Source: Octopus vulgaris (lineage: Eukaryota). From it: DNA of 64,000 nt. Numbering within the stretch: the first letter of the stretch is position 1; each line of letters starts with the position of its first letter. The position numbers and the translations under genes were made by a program. The notes beneath the pieces are model-generated. The model worked only from the letters and a program-made list of their open reading frames with translations. It made no database searches and was not told the origin of the DNA. The stretch is from positions 145,390,001 to 145,454,000 of the forward strand of contig OX597815.1 in NCBI GenBank assembly GCA_951406725.2, given 5' to 3'. Shown here piece after piece: positions 36,657 to 51,269 of this stretch.

Positions 36657-37910
36657 TTTTGTTAAAATAGAACCGAAATGACAATTCGATCAAGACTAGC
36701 ATAAGCTACACACCTTTAAATATGGATTTGTTTGATTGGTCCTTTCAAATAACGGTCATATGCGAGCGATAAACAAAAATAAACAAAACAAATAAATGAG
36801 TTGAATGTAAAATTATAAAAATCGAGGAAAAACCTTAAATCGAAGATTTGATTCAAATGCATATTGTAATTAGTTATGGAGAAAATATAATTCGATTAAT
36901 ACAATTAATACATAAAAATTGAAATTAAAATACATTAAAATATATTAAAATATTTTACAACAGTATATACACATGCTAAACCATCAATATACATGTATAC
37001 ATCAAAATACACAGATAGATGTGCGCAGACCACATGCATATACAGACATATAAATGCAAAACGAAAATATACACACAAATACATGTGCACATATGTATAC
37101 GCAATCTTGCTCGCATGCAAAACTCACTTGGTGTTTACATATAGACTATGAGCAAAACCCAGGGAGGGAGAAGAAACGAAAGGTAACTATCTTATAAGCA
37201 ACAGGAAGCTAAAGACGTGAATAAGAAAGGAGAGGGGGGCGTAAAGTTACAGCATTCTATAAAAGTAACGAATTGGGAGAGAAAAAATAACGAAAGAAAG
37301 GAAGAAAGAAAAAAGAAAAAGAAAAAAGAAAAAAGTCTGACTATACGTAATGAATGTTCACAAGATAAAATTACGTATACAAGTGTATATAAAAGCGTAT
37401 GTACGCAGTAAATACACATATAAGAACACACATATATATATAGAGAGAGACAAGTATGCAAAAACATCCACACAAATCCAAGTGAATGCATACACATACA
37501 TCATACATACACGCTCACTAACACATATACATAGACGCATGCTTAGAAATATATATGCATGCCAATACAAACATAAAAACATGTCTAGGATCTGACGTAT
37601 TTACAAACAACATTATTTTTTTAAAAAATTGCTGAGTGCATAATAATAAAAATTTTAGATAAACGACATGCAAAATATAACACCCTATATTGGATTATCT
37701 ATAAATTAAATGACCAAAGTGAGTTTATACAATATGACAAAATGAAATAAACTAAGTCGAAGGTTTTTTCTTAAGAAAATATATCGAAATATAAACAAAA
37801 TATATACAAAACTTTGCGATGCGGAATAAAACCTGCATAATGCGAAACAAATCCAACAGTGTGATCAAAAACTAGTCCAAGAATAAAAAAATCAAAAACA
37901 AAAATATATG

Positions 37911-39280
37911 CTATTCATATGGGATATTGATGTTCGACATTTTGAATTTGGTTGCGTGCCTGCATGAGTTCAAAAGTTCGCTTCTTTGATTCAAAGAATT
38001 AATATCTTGGAATAATATGAAATATTTTTCTAATAAACAAAGATCGCATTTGAAATTCTTCCTATGTGCTCCGTGCCTTTATGGTGCCGCTCTATCTAGA
38101 ATGCTCCATTACACGTTGAAAGGTCGAGTTTCTTTTTTCTTTTAGTTCCCAGACATATTTCGCCAGGCTGGTCTTCGTCTTATTTTCTGGGTATCGAATG
38201 GAATTTTTGTGCGAATAAAACCGGGTTTTAAAAGGATTTTCAGAAGCCCTTGTATAAGTCTTATATTCAGGTGAGCCTTCTGTTTGCACCTTGGCTCTAT
38301 ATACGACTCCTTTTTCCAACCATTTCCCTTCCAACGGACAGGAGGATCCATCTTTGCAATTACATTTTTTTAAGAGGATCGGCACTATGTTTATATCAAT
38401 TAATTTCCTGTTGTGCTGGTTAACATAAGAGGTGAAGTTCCTGCAACATGAATAGCTTATCTTAAGGGTTCTTCTATTAAATATTCTATAAAATTTATGA
38501 TCCTGTTTAAAATGCCTAGAGACTAATTTCAAGAATTCCCTACCTATGTTTGTTTTTACGACCAAATTAAAAGCTGGGTTGAACCACAAAACTTTCCTGG
38601 TCCTAGTTCTACGTGTAGCGTTACTACTAGCATTAAGTCGGCTATACTGGATCTTCTCAGAAAATCCACTATTCCTTAATGCGCTATCGTAATAAGGTGC
38701 AGCATTATGGAATGCTGCCTCATCCGAAGAAATTGACGATATAAAATATATTTGCTAATAATGCCTATTGCAGTTTTAGCCAGGTTGATCAATCTACATT
38801 TGGGGTTTCTATTAAAATTGGCTTTATTGTCTCTCAGGGCCATAAAAGCGGGTCGTGAAGAAAGATATTCTATCCTATCGCTAATCTTAAGATTGTTAGC
38901 TATTCTTCTTGCCTCCAAATTCACCTCTTTGTATATATTTGTGTTATCTTTCTTGTATGTGTCTGTGACGCTATTCGAAATTAGACGCTTGTAAACGTCC
39001 TTATCAAGTGCATATAAGTTTCTTGTCTTATCAGAATTAACGAAGATCTTATTCGAGTTGTTAATTTCCTTAATTTTTTCTTTCATATTTCTCTGTAATT
39101 GGTTGCTATATTTACGGAATAAATAAGTTCGATGAAAATAGATGAAAATTTTCATCTGTCTTACACGCTTATATTCAGGTGTGTGCTGAATTTCTCTAGA
39201 GAACATTCTTTTTTGTGTGGTTAGATCGTAGATGATTTTCTTCTAGCATATTGGATATCCACTTAGTGGTCATCCCTTAT
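37911..39280 (-). mobile_element. Naiad-type Penelope-like retroelement, RT core deleted, GIY-YIG retained
   Basis: SDKTRNLY...NPKCRLINLAKTAIGIISK (RT N-part) is joined to ALRNSGF...WFNPAFNLVVKTNIGREFL...KISYSC; CNCKDGSSCPLEG (CxCx5C); VVYRAKV...FKTRFYSH...TSLAKYVWELK; CDLCLLEKYFIL...LNQRSELLNSCRH. Confidence 0.88.
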
Positions 39281-39298
39281 TATACGCATATATGTATG

Positions 39299-39330
<32 letters not shown>

Positions 39331-39494
39331 CTAGGCTTAAATAGAAAATAAGCACAGAGGTCGATCCCTTCAACTAAATTCTTCAAGGCAGAGCCCCAGC
39401 ATGGCTGCATTCTAATGACCAAAGCAAGTAAGACATAAAAGATATAGCAAGAAAAGAAGGAATTGAATTTGTGGAATGAAGTAGTTTTGATAAT

Positions 39495-39925
39495 CTTTTC
39501 TATTCTAGGCACAAGGCCCGAAATTTCAGGAGAGGGAGCCAGTCGATTAGATCGACCCCGGTAAGCAACTGGTACTTAATTTATCGACCCCAAAAGTGTG
39601 AACGACAAAGATCTATCTCGGCGGAATTTGATCTCAGAACGTAAATATAGACGAAATACTACTAAGCATTTCACTCGGCGTGCTAACGTTTCTGCCAGCT
39701 CGCCGCCTCAAAAGATTGCTGTAGAATCTTTTCTACTCTAGGAACAAGTCCCGAAATTTTTGAGGAGGGGGCCAGTCGATTAGATCAACCCTAGTACACA
39801 ATTGGCATTTAATTTAACGACCAACGACCCCGAAAGAATGAAAGACAAAAATCGACCTCGGCGTAATTTGATCTCAGAACGTAAAGATAGACGAAATACT
39901 GCTAAGCATTTCCCCCGCTCACTAC
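39495..39925 (-). mobile_element. Two tandem SINE family B copies
   Basis: 39495-39708 is full-length (head aggcggcgagctggcagaaacgttagcacgccg); 39725-39925 is partly deleted. Confidence 0.88.
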
Positions 39926-40481
39926 CTTATAGTAGTTTCGATAATATGATGGAAATAATAAGGTTGGTAGCTGTTATGCTTCTGTTTAACGGCATTGATA
40001 AGTTGCTGAGTAGATTTGCTAATAATTCAAGGTTATTTGGATTATAAGTGTAAAGGTGAGTTTGGAAGAGGACTTAGGAATGTCATTGAGATGCTTGGAA
40101 TGAATGAAGAAAGAAGTCTTAGAAAATCTAATTTAAAGGAAAGGACAAGCATTGTTACGTGTAAGAAGGAAAAGGACGAAGAAGAAAAAGAAGATGGGGA
40201 AGGAAGGAATAATTAAGATCTAAATGTAAAGAGAAAGAAATGAACAGCAACAGCAGCAACAACCAGAACACATAAGAAATAACAATAATAACTGAAACAA
40301 CAACAATAGGTGCAAGCGTGGCTGTATAGTAAGAAGTTTGTTTCTTGACCACGTAGTTTCAGGTTCAGTCCCACCGCGTGGTATCTTGGGTAAGAGTATT
40401 ACCCAAGATTCTTACCTGTAGAATCAGGCCGATGAAAGTTTTTTATATATATATATATATATATCTATTTTCTGTTACTAC

Positions 40482-40543
<62 letters not shown>

Positions 40544-40550
40544 ACAAGTA

Positions 40551-40584
<34 letters not shown>

Positions 40585-40587
<3 letters not shown>

Positions 40588-40750
40588 GAGTGGCTGTGTG
40601 GTAAGTAGCTTGCTAACCAACCACATGGTTCCGGGTTCAGTCCACTGCGTGGCATCTTGGGCAAGTGTCTTCTGCTATAGCCCCGGGCCGACCAATGCCT
40701 TGTGAGTGGATTTGGTAGACGGAAACTGAAAGAAGCCTGTCGTATATATG

Positions 40751-40785
<35 letters not shown>

Positions 40786-41002
40786 ATGCGTTTGTGTGTC
40801 TGTGTTTGTCCCTCTAGCATTGCTTGACAACCGATGCTGGTGTGTTTACGTTCCCGTAACTTAGCGGTTCGGCAAAAAGTGACCGATAGAATAAGTACTG
40901 GACTTACAAAGAATAAGTCCCGGGGTCGATTTGCTCGACTAAAGGCGGTGCTCCAGCATGGCCGCAGTCAAATGACTGAAACAAGTAAAAGAGTAAAAGA
41001 GT
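40585..41002 (+). mobile_element. SINE family A, full-length reference copy (tRNA-derived CORE-type, OR2-like)
   Basis: A box tggctgtgtgg, B box gggttcagtcc, CORE-like ggcatcttgggcaagtgtcttct, (TA)/(TG) middle, (gtaaaaga)n tail. Confidence 0.92.
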
Positions 41003-41009
41003 ATATAAG

Positions 41010-41710
41010 GGGAAGGTTTATGAAAATAAACAAAAGACGAAGGCAGGTTTACGAAAATAAACAAAAGACGAAGGCAGGTGGAGTACAAACAAATAATGTA
41101 TTAGTATGGCGCTCAGGAATAGAAATAAAACAAGTATTTTACGTTTCGAGCCTACGCTCTTCGACAGAAAGATACACAGAAAAGAAACAAAGAGAGAAAC
41201 AAGGAGAGAAAAAATTGCGTGTAGGGGCTAACGATTCAACATGGCGTTCTGATTTCAGAAGTCAGATATCGGAGGTCAAACGTTAGAGGCCAGACGTTAG
41301 ACACTAGAGGGATAGTAGGGGAGATAACAGGGTCAAGTGACCTCGCTCCAACCTGAAGGTGCGTGTGTGCATAAGAGAGTATGTATGTGCACGTGGAAGC
41401 GGGCTGGTGGTTTGGACGTGTGTATGTATGTATGTATGATGTGATGTGTAATGTCGTATTGTGTAGTGTAGTGTGGTGTAGGGGAGAGTGAGAGGGGGAG
41501 AGAAGAGAGAGGAGGGGAGGAGGGGAGGAGAGAGAGGAGATGAGGGGGAGAGGGGGGAGGAGAGGGAAGAGGGGAAGGGGAGATGAGGGGGAGAGGGGAT
41601 AAGGAGGAGGGAGAGGAGAAGGAAGGAGAGGAGGAGAAGAAAAGGAGGAGGGGAGGAGAAAGAAGGAGAGGAGGAGAAGGGAGGGGAGAAGGAGAGGAGG
41701 GAGAGGGATA
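41010..41710 (-). mobile_element. Family E PLE-type repeat with polypurine tract
   Basis: Colinear with 5396-6005. HHR-like ttt-CTGTCGA-a gagc gtag gctc-GAAAC-GTA-aaa at ~41137-41170. Confidence 0.7.
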
Positions 41711-41749
41711 TATATATATATATAAATATGTATATATATATATATATAA

Positions 41750-41807
<58 letters not shown>

Positions 41808-41811
41808 GTAT

Positions 41812-41975
41812 ATCACCGTGATCACCGTGACCGACCAGGCTATCAGATGTTGTTACACATCGCTGGTCACAATGCGTTCGCATTGTTTTAGTCTTCGAAT
41901 GACGCCACCCCGCTGACTAAGCGAGCAGGCCAACAGAAGAAAGAGTGAGAGAAAGAGTGGTGATAGAGTACAGCA
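41812..41975 (-). mobile_element. SINE family D, 3' half
   Basis: Homologous to 29203-29360. Confidence 0.85.
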
Positions 41976-43110
41976 GTTGATGTACCAGTTGATGACTGAG
42001 GCTTGATGTAATCAGCTTATCCCCTCCCCTGAAATTGCTGGCCTTATGCCAAAATTTGACATCAATATATATTTATAGCATCTTATCTGTTTCTTCTGAA
42101 AGCCTTTTGTACAGTTTCTGCCTGAAATGTTTTACTTAAAAAACACTGGTCGACTTAAAGCTATAATAAACGACATCTGCTGAATACGGTGCATTTGGAT
42201 CGAACCGGTAAGCTCTTGGTTGTGAAAAACGTTCCCAAACACATATCGATATTTGCGTCAAGAACTCAATATATTAAAGTATCCATCGATCTCACTCGAT
42301 ATAAAGTCTATCTGTCATTTATGGAGAGAAGCATTTTAAAAGAAAACCTATTATTCATTTATTTATATATAAAGTAACATCACACAAGAACCATAGAGAA
42401 AGAGAAAAAAGAGAAAGAAAAGCGAAGAGAAAAGAGGATTGCTACATTTTCTCAACGTCTACTCGAGAGGTTCTGCAATACAGAAGTCACGTGTCTTATA
42501 ATTTAGAAATAATTGTATATGCATAACAATGAACCCAAGCTGTCTACGTAATTGCCGTCAAATAAACAGTTATATCAAATTCCTGAATAGCTATAGGCTC
42601 TTATAAGACAATAACAACAAAAGCAACAACAGTAATAACAATAATGAAGAAAGTAGAGAGTAGAGAATAGAGAATATATGTGTGTATGTGTGGTTAGTTT
42701 TTGTCTTCATTTGTGAACGACTCTTAAAACTCATCTGTTACGTATTTTGTATGGAAGGCAAGACATGAATAAATTGACACTGACATGACAGGTTGACAGA
42801 CGGAAAATAATTCAATAATTTAAGAAATGTTCATCAGAAAAGAAACATTAAATCCATCCATTGCAAAGTTAGTTCAACGACGACGATCACCGACGTTATC
42901 TAGCTTTTGTCGAACGACTACACGGGAATAAATAATAGATGATGATGATGATAATAATTAATGACAACAACGGCAATAATCCATTCTGTTGTGGGCACAA
43001 GGTCCGAAATTTTGCGGGAGGGTCTTAGTTGATTACATCGACCGCAGTGTTCAACCGCTATTTATTATTAAGGTCACTGCCTGGAATCGAACTCGGAATT
43101 TTGTGACCTG

Positions 43111-43159
43111 AATAATAATAATAACAATAATAATACTACTAATAATAATAATAATAGTA

Positions 43160-43253
<94 letters not shown>

Positions 43254-43263
43254 CAACAACAAC
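43111..43263. repeat. (AAT)n trinucleotide repeat
   Basis: Directly visible. Confidence 0.97.
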
Positions 43264-43267
43264 CATA

Positions 43268-43452
43268 ACATCGAAAAATACCTTAGGAATGAGAACCCAG
43301 GTTCGAAATTTCCCCAAGATACCTTATGAAGGCTAGAGGGTATATCAGCTGAAGCGTTGTGTTAACAACAAACAAGATGAGGACAAATATCCGTCAAATG
43401 TAAATAGTATAAATAATGTACATAATTCCTCATCTCTTAAATATAAACTGTA
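43268..43452 (+). mobile_element. Short dispersed repeat with decayed hammerhead
   Basis: atac-cttatga-aggct...agct-gaagc-gtt-gtgt. The tail aataatgtacataattcctcatctcttaaatata also occurs at ~13474 (+) and ~20120 (-). Confidence 0.6.
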
Positions 43453-43693
43453 ATACCTACATATATAATTGTACCTACCGTTATAATTATACCATATGTT
43501 ACATATTTATTATATCATACCTTGATACTGTGTGGACTAAGATCCCTGTTGACAAGCCGCTGGTATTTATAGAGTGTTAAACACTTTCGGTATGCAAATT
43601 AGCGACTCCTTCAAAGAGTAACTGCTGCATTTTTTTTAGTATATAAGCAGTTTGGCTGCTTGTTTCTCAGAAGAATGTCAGATTGATGTGGAC

Positions 43694-43736
43694 GCCTCTG
43701 ATGAGAGCCCAATAAGTTTCGAAAATCGATTAACGC
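43694..43736 (+). ncRNA. Hammerhead-like motif
   Basis: gcct-CTGATGA-gag...ttc-GAAA-atcga-TTA-acgc. Palindromic AATCGATT; one stem I mismatch. Confidence 0.55.
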
Positions 43737-43827
43737 TTTTCATTTTTTTTCAGTCTGCGGATAAATGGCTAAAATTTGCCCTGTTTATAATTACACCATA
43801 TGTTACATATGTTACACGCGCGTATGC

Positions 43828-43903
<76 letters not shown>

Positions 43904-44120
43904 TTACTTTTATGTGCCGCATTTTCTGGCATGATAAACGCTGCATCAAAAGAGGCGCACATTGGTTTTCGAAATGTAATTCTAAGAAAAGAATATAATG
44001 CCACCGTCCAGATCACATGATCGAATTGTGGCCGGCGTGCACACATTAAAATGTCTGTCATCGGACAAAATTAGCAGGAAAACCAGCAGAGTGCTAATGC
44101 TTATTGTTGAGCAAAACCAC

Positions 44121-44193
<73 letters not shown>

Positions 44194-44294
44194 GTTGGTT
44201 TGGTTCCGTCAGTTAAAAATCACTCTGTAGTGAATTTTGTCATCTCCAGTGGTTTTAACACTCTTTGATTTCACTCCGTTTTATGTTTTGTCTT

Positions 44295-44494
44295 CTGCTT
44301 GTTTCAGTCATTAGACTACGGCCATGCTGGGGCACCGCCTTCAAGAATTTTAGTCCAACAAATCGACCACAGTACTTTTATTTTAAAGTCTGGTACATAT
44401 TTTATTGGTCAATTTTGCCGAACCGTTAATTTACGGGGACATTAATACACCAACACCGGTTGGTAGCAGTGGTGCAGGAAAACACAGACATAAA

Positions 44495-44550
<56 letters not shown>

Positions 44551-44749
44551 CACACACACACATGCACACACACACATGCACACACACACATGCACACACA
44601 CACATGCACACACACACATGCACACACACACAACACAGAGACCCGAGTTTATAGTAGAAGACACTTGCCCAAAATACCACGCAGTGGGATTGAGCCCGGA
44701 ACCATGTGGTTGAAACTTTAACTTCTCACCACACTGCCACGCCTGCGCC
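44295..44749 (-). mobile_element. SINE family A, older copy
   Basis: Tail, (CA)n middle and tRNA head are recognisable. Confidence 0.85.
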
Positions 44750-45545
44750 TATATTTACACTTTTATTAGACAGCACATCAAAAGTCAAAGGGACTGTATC
44801 CATATTCTCAATCCGATTCATTTTGGGACAACTCTGTGTTGAAACATTAATCATATATTTATCTTCATACTCTGTAGGTATTTTCTGAGCTAGCTTTCAA
44901 GTGACTCACTGACATAAGCCATTTCACTTCATGAAACGTAAATAGCAACAAACAGTTCCTTTGAAATCATTCACTCCTGTGTTTGCTGCCAACCTTCTTG
45001 TTACGAAAATGATCATCTTCGTATTCTCTCAATATTCCAATTTTCTTTGATCTAATATCCATGTTTTTAAGTTTTCTTCTAAGTATGGCCATTTTGTTAG
45101 TACCCTATGAAAATTATGCTTCTGTTTATTCACTTAAAAAAAAAAATTCTTCCTCCTACTTCCTCCTGCTTCCTCCATTGGCGAATCATCATCCCAGCAG
45201 GTGGAGGCCTGACGTTTCTCTTTGCTGCCCTGTTTCCATGTTCTTCGTCATGTTGTCATATTATATTTACCCCCTCCTTGATGCATCCAACCCTGTTGTG
45301 GATGAGGGCAATATCTTGTAGAACTGTAAATGGTTTTCTACCCCAATCAAGAGTTGGTAGCAAATGAATAATGGTTTAAGAACTCAAATTGGAGAAAATG
45401 ATAAATAAATAAACACATAAACAAATCAATAGGCACGGGTGTGACAGTATGATAAGAAGTTTGTTTTCCAACTACATGGTTCCGTATATAATGTTGTTAC
45501 ATTATATATATAATCAAAATAAGAAACAGGATATAAAGAGGTGAT

Positions 45546-45628
45546 GGAGTACGACCGTTTCAAGCGGCTCCATTTAATTGAACAATGCAATCATTACATC
45601 AATTTAAATGCTGGCTATCCTCAGCTGC
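45546..45628 (-). ncRNA. Hammerhead motif with long stem II
   Basis: gcag-CTGAGGA-tagc...atttaaattga...tcaattaaat...gctt-GAAAC-ggtc-GTA-ctcc. Confidence 0.55.
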
Positions 45629-46177
45629 ATAAATAAAATTCTTTAATCAGTTGGACACATTAATATAATTTTACTCAAATTCTTTAATAGAGCAAGAAGA
45701 GGGAGAAAGTCCATGTTGCTACTAATGTTATTCAGAATATACTACACTTCTTAGAACTGTATGAATTTTGTTAGGGTCATAGCTTGTAAATGATTGTGGT
45801 TCACTTTTAATTGATTAGTCTTTTTTTTATCAACTACCAAATCTAAGGCTAGAGGACAGTGTCTGTTTAAAATGGATAGACAGAGTGAGTTGACAGTTTA
45901 TGGTTGGGTACGGTCATAAAGACTGTCAGGATTTAGAAAATGTATAAGTAACTATCTATAAAGGAGGCTGGGTAGGGGAAAACCCCAAATCAAGATGTTA
46001 ATTACCAGTTAAAAGGGCAAGACGCTAATAAAACCTATGATGTTAATACAGAGGAAATTATGGAGTACAATGGATGATTGTATATAAACATTATTGTTAT
46101 GTTGTATGAAGATCAAATTTAAGATTACTAAAAATGATATCATAGCCAGAATAGATAAACTGTATATACATACATAC

Positions 46178-46233
<56 letters not shown>

Positions 46234-46919
46234 AATTTTTTGCGTAATAAGATAAAAACCAAGACTGTATAAATATTAGAGCATTTATAGATAGGTCTTA
46301 CTGCTGCTTCTAGGATATTAATTAATAATATCCCTTCATTGGAGATAGTGTGAGAGGAAAAATTAAGTCATAGTTAGTTTCGATGTGATACAAAATAGAG
46401 AGTGAGGTGGAAGAAAGAAAATAGATGTAAGATATGTATGGGTATTGAATTTGTAAATCCGTTTTACAGGCATAATGGTATACATGCAATATTCCAATAT
46501 CCTTTGAGTAAAATCCAAATGTCTAACAGAGTTTGATATGAGTCCTTCCAAATATAGAGTTTATAAGCAATGTAATATTCCCTTATGAGTGAAATCCAGT
46601 AGATATTTAAACTTGGTCATTCCCAGTAAGGAATTTATATACAGTGTTGCAGAGTCAAGGTTTGCATTTAAAATGACCTAGAAATAGGGAGTGTATTAGT
46701 ATGGTTAAATTGAAAACAGGAAGAGAGGAATATATAAAGTGGTTTTAGAGTCATGTTTAACTGCTGTCTCTAGCATGGAGGTATCTCTTAGATACCCTTA
46801 ATTATAATTTTAATACACACAGACACAGACACAGACACTGACACAGACACACACACAGACACACACATACACACAGACAGACAGACAGACAGACACACAC
46901 ACACACACACACATACGCG

Positions 46920-47065
46920 ATAGGCTACATTCAGTTTCCGCCTAGTAAATCCACTCATAAGTCTTTGGTCGGCCCGAGGTTATGGTAGAAGACACTTACC
47001 CAAGGTGCCAATCGATGTTATCGAAATTGGAACCATGGGGCCGGAAAGCAATCTTCTTACCACAG
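46920..47065 (-). mobile_element. SINE family A, 5' part
   Basis: ttcagtttccg...aatccactca...agaagacacttacccaaggtgcca...cttaccaca. Confidence 0.8.
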
Positions 47066-47069
47066 TGAA

Positions 47070-47212
<143 letters not shown>

Positions 47213-47549
47213 TCAATTATCCAGCTGATGTAAATACCTCTTCGAAAATCAAAACAGAATTACAGACAAATGTTTCGAAACATTCATTCCTTTTGTTAGT
47301 AAATGCCAGCTAAGATTTTTCAGAAAAGAAATCAACCAGGTAACATGCATATTACAAACGGAAACCGTAAGCGGAACAATAAAAATATGCAAGACTTTTC
47401 TCAAGTTCAAAATGTGACATTGCTTCTGTTATCTTTATTCTATAAATGGAGCATTGTTTCTTTGTTAGAAACCAAATCCTTCTGCAGGCGAAGAATACAA
47501 ATAAGCAAAAATTGAAGAGTCCATGCGCAAACTCATTCGTACGAGCATG

Positions 47550-47642
47550 CACAGATACATACGTAGATGCACAGATACATACGTACATACGTACAGATAC
47601 ATACACACACGCACACATACACTCATATATATGTACAAATAT

Positions 47643-47680
<38 letters not shown>

Positions 47681-47697
47681 GTATATATATATATGTC

Positions 47698-47769
<72 letters not shown>

Positions 47770-48693
47770 GACAGATATATATATACATATACATACACAC
47801 ACATATATATTTATATATATATATATACACTTACATATATATATATACACACACATACATACATACATACATATGTATATATATATACTGTATACACTCA
47901 CACCCATACCCACACACGCATATATATGTATACACACACATATATATATATATATAAATGTACATGTCTATGTATATAGGTATATACATATAGATATATA
48001 CATATGTATACATACATGCGTACGTACATACATATATACATTCATGTATACTTACATGCATTCATGCAAAGATATATACATGTATACATATATACAAACA
48101 AATATAGAGTCGTACATACATGGAAATATAATATGTGTATATATTTATATACATATACATACATATCTATACATGTGCGTGTGTGTGTGTGTGTGTGTGT
48201 ATGCGAGTGTACGTGTGCACATACTTATGTAACAGCAGGAAGCAACGTCGATGCCAGCGAGACAAAGAAACTACCGTATCGTGAAATGAAAACCTTAAGA
48301 AAAGAACTAAGTTTTCAGCTGGCAACAGAGAGGCGTGTGTTGCTGTAGAGTAAAGCTTCTACAGTTCCCGGCTAATATAAGAGTCAAAGATGAAAACAGA
48401 CAAGTTAGTGTAAGAATGGATTTGCACCGCTACCAGTGAATATATCGAACCAGCAAAAAATTAGTAGCTACCGTTTTTTCATGACGTTTATTTGCTTGCT
48501 TGATTGGTTTGTTAGCTCAGAAACTAGTGGAGCAAGGAAGTCAAAATTGTTTTATTAATGCACACACACACACGCACCTGCACAGGTACACACACACTCT
48601 GTCACAAACACACAAGGCAAAATACACACATACACACACACACGCATACGGAGACACACACATACCAATCTTTCTATCTTTTGATATTGATAA

Positions 48694-48745
<52 letters not shown>

Positions 48746-48818
48746 GCATATATACATACATATACACATTTATGGATATATGCATCTATATGTTTATAAA
48801 TATATATCTCTATATATT

Positions 48819-48872
<54 letters not shown>

Positions 48873-48917
48873 GACAAGTTATTGGCTAAACTGGCAACAT
48901 GACCATCCCCAAATACA

Positions 48918-48956
<39 letters not shown>

Positions 48957-49049
48957 CATATACACATACATACAATCTCACAGACAATTCTCCCCACAAA
49001 TATGCACATATACATGTGCATGTATGTGTGGGTGTGTATAAATAAATAA

Positions 49050-49117
<68 letters not shown>

Positions 49118-49422
49118 TACACACATACATACACATGCACACACATGCACACACACGCACACAGACACACACACACACACATATATAGACATATACGCAT
49201 ACACACACATACGCACGCACACATATATTTCATTTGTACACCCGTTCACTTGTGTATACACATATATGCACAAATGGACAGGTGCACAAATAAAATAACA
49301 TTCAACACGTCATGTAAGTTCATATGATAGCCTTAAGAATGATTAACTCCCAAGCTACACACACAAACACACACACACGTACACACATAAAAGCACACGC
49401 AGAAAAGAAAAATATATATATG

Positions 49423-49460
<38 letters not shown>

Positions 49461-49482
49461 TATACACATATATATATACATG

Positions 49483-49567
<85 letters not shown>

Positions 49568-49585
49568 GTATATATATATATATAC
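47550..49585. repeat. Microsatellite-dominated field ((TA)n, (CA)n, (TACA)n) with short unique islands
   Basis: Directly visible. Confidence 0.85.
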
Positions 49586-49683
49586 AAAATGAGAAAATGG
49601 AGAAATATATCTAAATCAATCATCAACTATCAGATAATACCCAATCACATACTTTATTAAAACACTACACAATAGCAATGAGA

Positions 49684-49831
49684 TTTCATTAATAGATTTA
49701 ATCTTAATATATTTAATCAGTTCTCAATTTGTATCTTAGTGAATGCGGGTGATCCAGTGGTCATGGCATCGCAAGATCGTGGTTTCAATTCCCGGAACAA
49801 GCGGTGTGTTGTGCTCTCGAGGCAAAACACA
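49684..49831 (+). repeat. Exact ~148-bp duplicate of 54692-54840
   Basis: tttcattaatagatttaatc...ctcgaggcaaaacacat is identical by eye at both sites. Confidence 0.92.
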
Positions 49832-49881
49832 TACAGTACAATAATTACAATCAATATGGTGAGATATAACTAAATAAATAT

Positions 49882-49945
<64 letters not shown>

Positions 49946-50029
49946 TATATATATATATAAAGGGATGTAACTATACTCTATACTTTCCCACCCTTTTCCC
50001 GTTCTTTAAAAAAAATAGCTTTTTTAATA

Positions 50030-50734
50030 GTAAATCTCTCCATAAATCGCGTAACTCTGGTAAAACAAATATCTGGTTGATTGTTCCATACGGAAAACAA
50101 GCTAAAATTATCCTTCCCCACCTATTTCGTCAAGCTATCGAAAGGAACTTTCTCTTAAATTCCAGGTATCAGAATTGGCTTCCCCAACACCAGTAACCTC
50201 CTGCAAATTATATCCTCGCATAACAACTACATTCTCAAAGTTAATAGAATTCCTCTTAATAACTGTAGTAACATTAATGATATTAACGATAATCTCTCCT
50301 TGAATAATAATATCAATGATATTAGTCCTTGTTACTGTGGCCCGAATATAATTTGCGTCCTCAATGGGAATTGAAGAATTGAAAATGTTGTTTACCAATG
50401 CAAAATTACCTCTGGATCTAAAGAACTCTTTTATACGTAGTTGAAAAGCTGTATCGCAAACCATCTTTCCACTTTTAAATACAGTCATAAGCGTGATTCT
50501 ACAGGACTTAGTAAGCTAATTTGGCACCTCAAAGATTCTAGTAAATATTTTTCTTTAGATTGGAAAATTTTATCAAGATCATATCCCTATAACAAAGGGA
50601 AATCTTTCTGTCTTCTTTGTACAGACGAACAACTATCTTTTCTCTTTTTTAAACATAAACTGGTCAACACCTTTAATGAACGTGCTTACAAGTGTTTGCA
50701 TTGGAAAAAACAATCATTTGCCTTTTTTAAATAA
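50030..50734 (+). mobile_element. Naiad-type Penelope-like ORF remnant (linker + GIY-YIG)
   Basis: IWLIVPYGKQ...RIGFPNTSNLLQIISSHNNYIL...CYCGPNIICVLNGN*RIENVVYQCKI...IANHLSTFKY...STGLSKLIWHLKD...WKILSRSYPY...CLLCTDE...KCLH. Confidence 0.82.
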
Positions 50735-51081
50735 TATCTACCTAATAATAATTTCTGCAACTTACCCTTATTCTTTATTCTTACTTCCCATAACCCCTAT
50801 TCTTCCCTTCATCTTTTCCTTCCATCTATCATTTATTCTCTATTTGCTCGTTCCTCCCTTTCTCCCTTAACTTTTGTTCTTTCGTTCCCTCTTTCTTCCT
50901 CTATACCTTCTCTTCTTCTCTTGCCCTATGGCGCCTGTATAAGATCGCCATGTCGCACACATATAGTTTTGATGCATGTGCATGGTGTAATTTTATCAAA
51001 CGGGTAGTCATGATGGGTATATTGGGCTTTCATATGTTTGTACCCCAGTGTTACTTTGATGGCATGCACTGCTCTCTCACT

Positions 51082-51164
51082 CAACAACAGCAACAACAAC
51101 AATAATAATAATGATAATAATAATTATGATAATAATAATGATGATGATAATAATAATAGTAATA

Positions 51165-51218
<54 letters not shown>

Positions 51219-51229
51219 TAATAATGATG

Positions 51230-51269
<40 letters not shown>

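Noticed and set aside
37840-37920. SECIS downstream of the Naiad ORF
   Set aside because: ATGA is present at the ORF end but no AA loop or GA quartet helix could be formed by eye.
41490-41710. Polypurine/G4-triplex regulatory tract (also 5860-6000)
   Set aside because: Lies at the same position within family E repeats; low-complexity expansion with no evidence of function.
47315-47346. Possible 16-nt microexon (ttttcag...ccag|gtaaca)
   Set aside because: Splice-like signals alone are expected by chance; no supporting gene.
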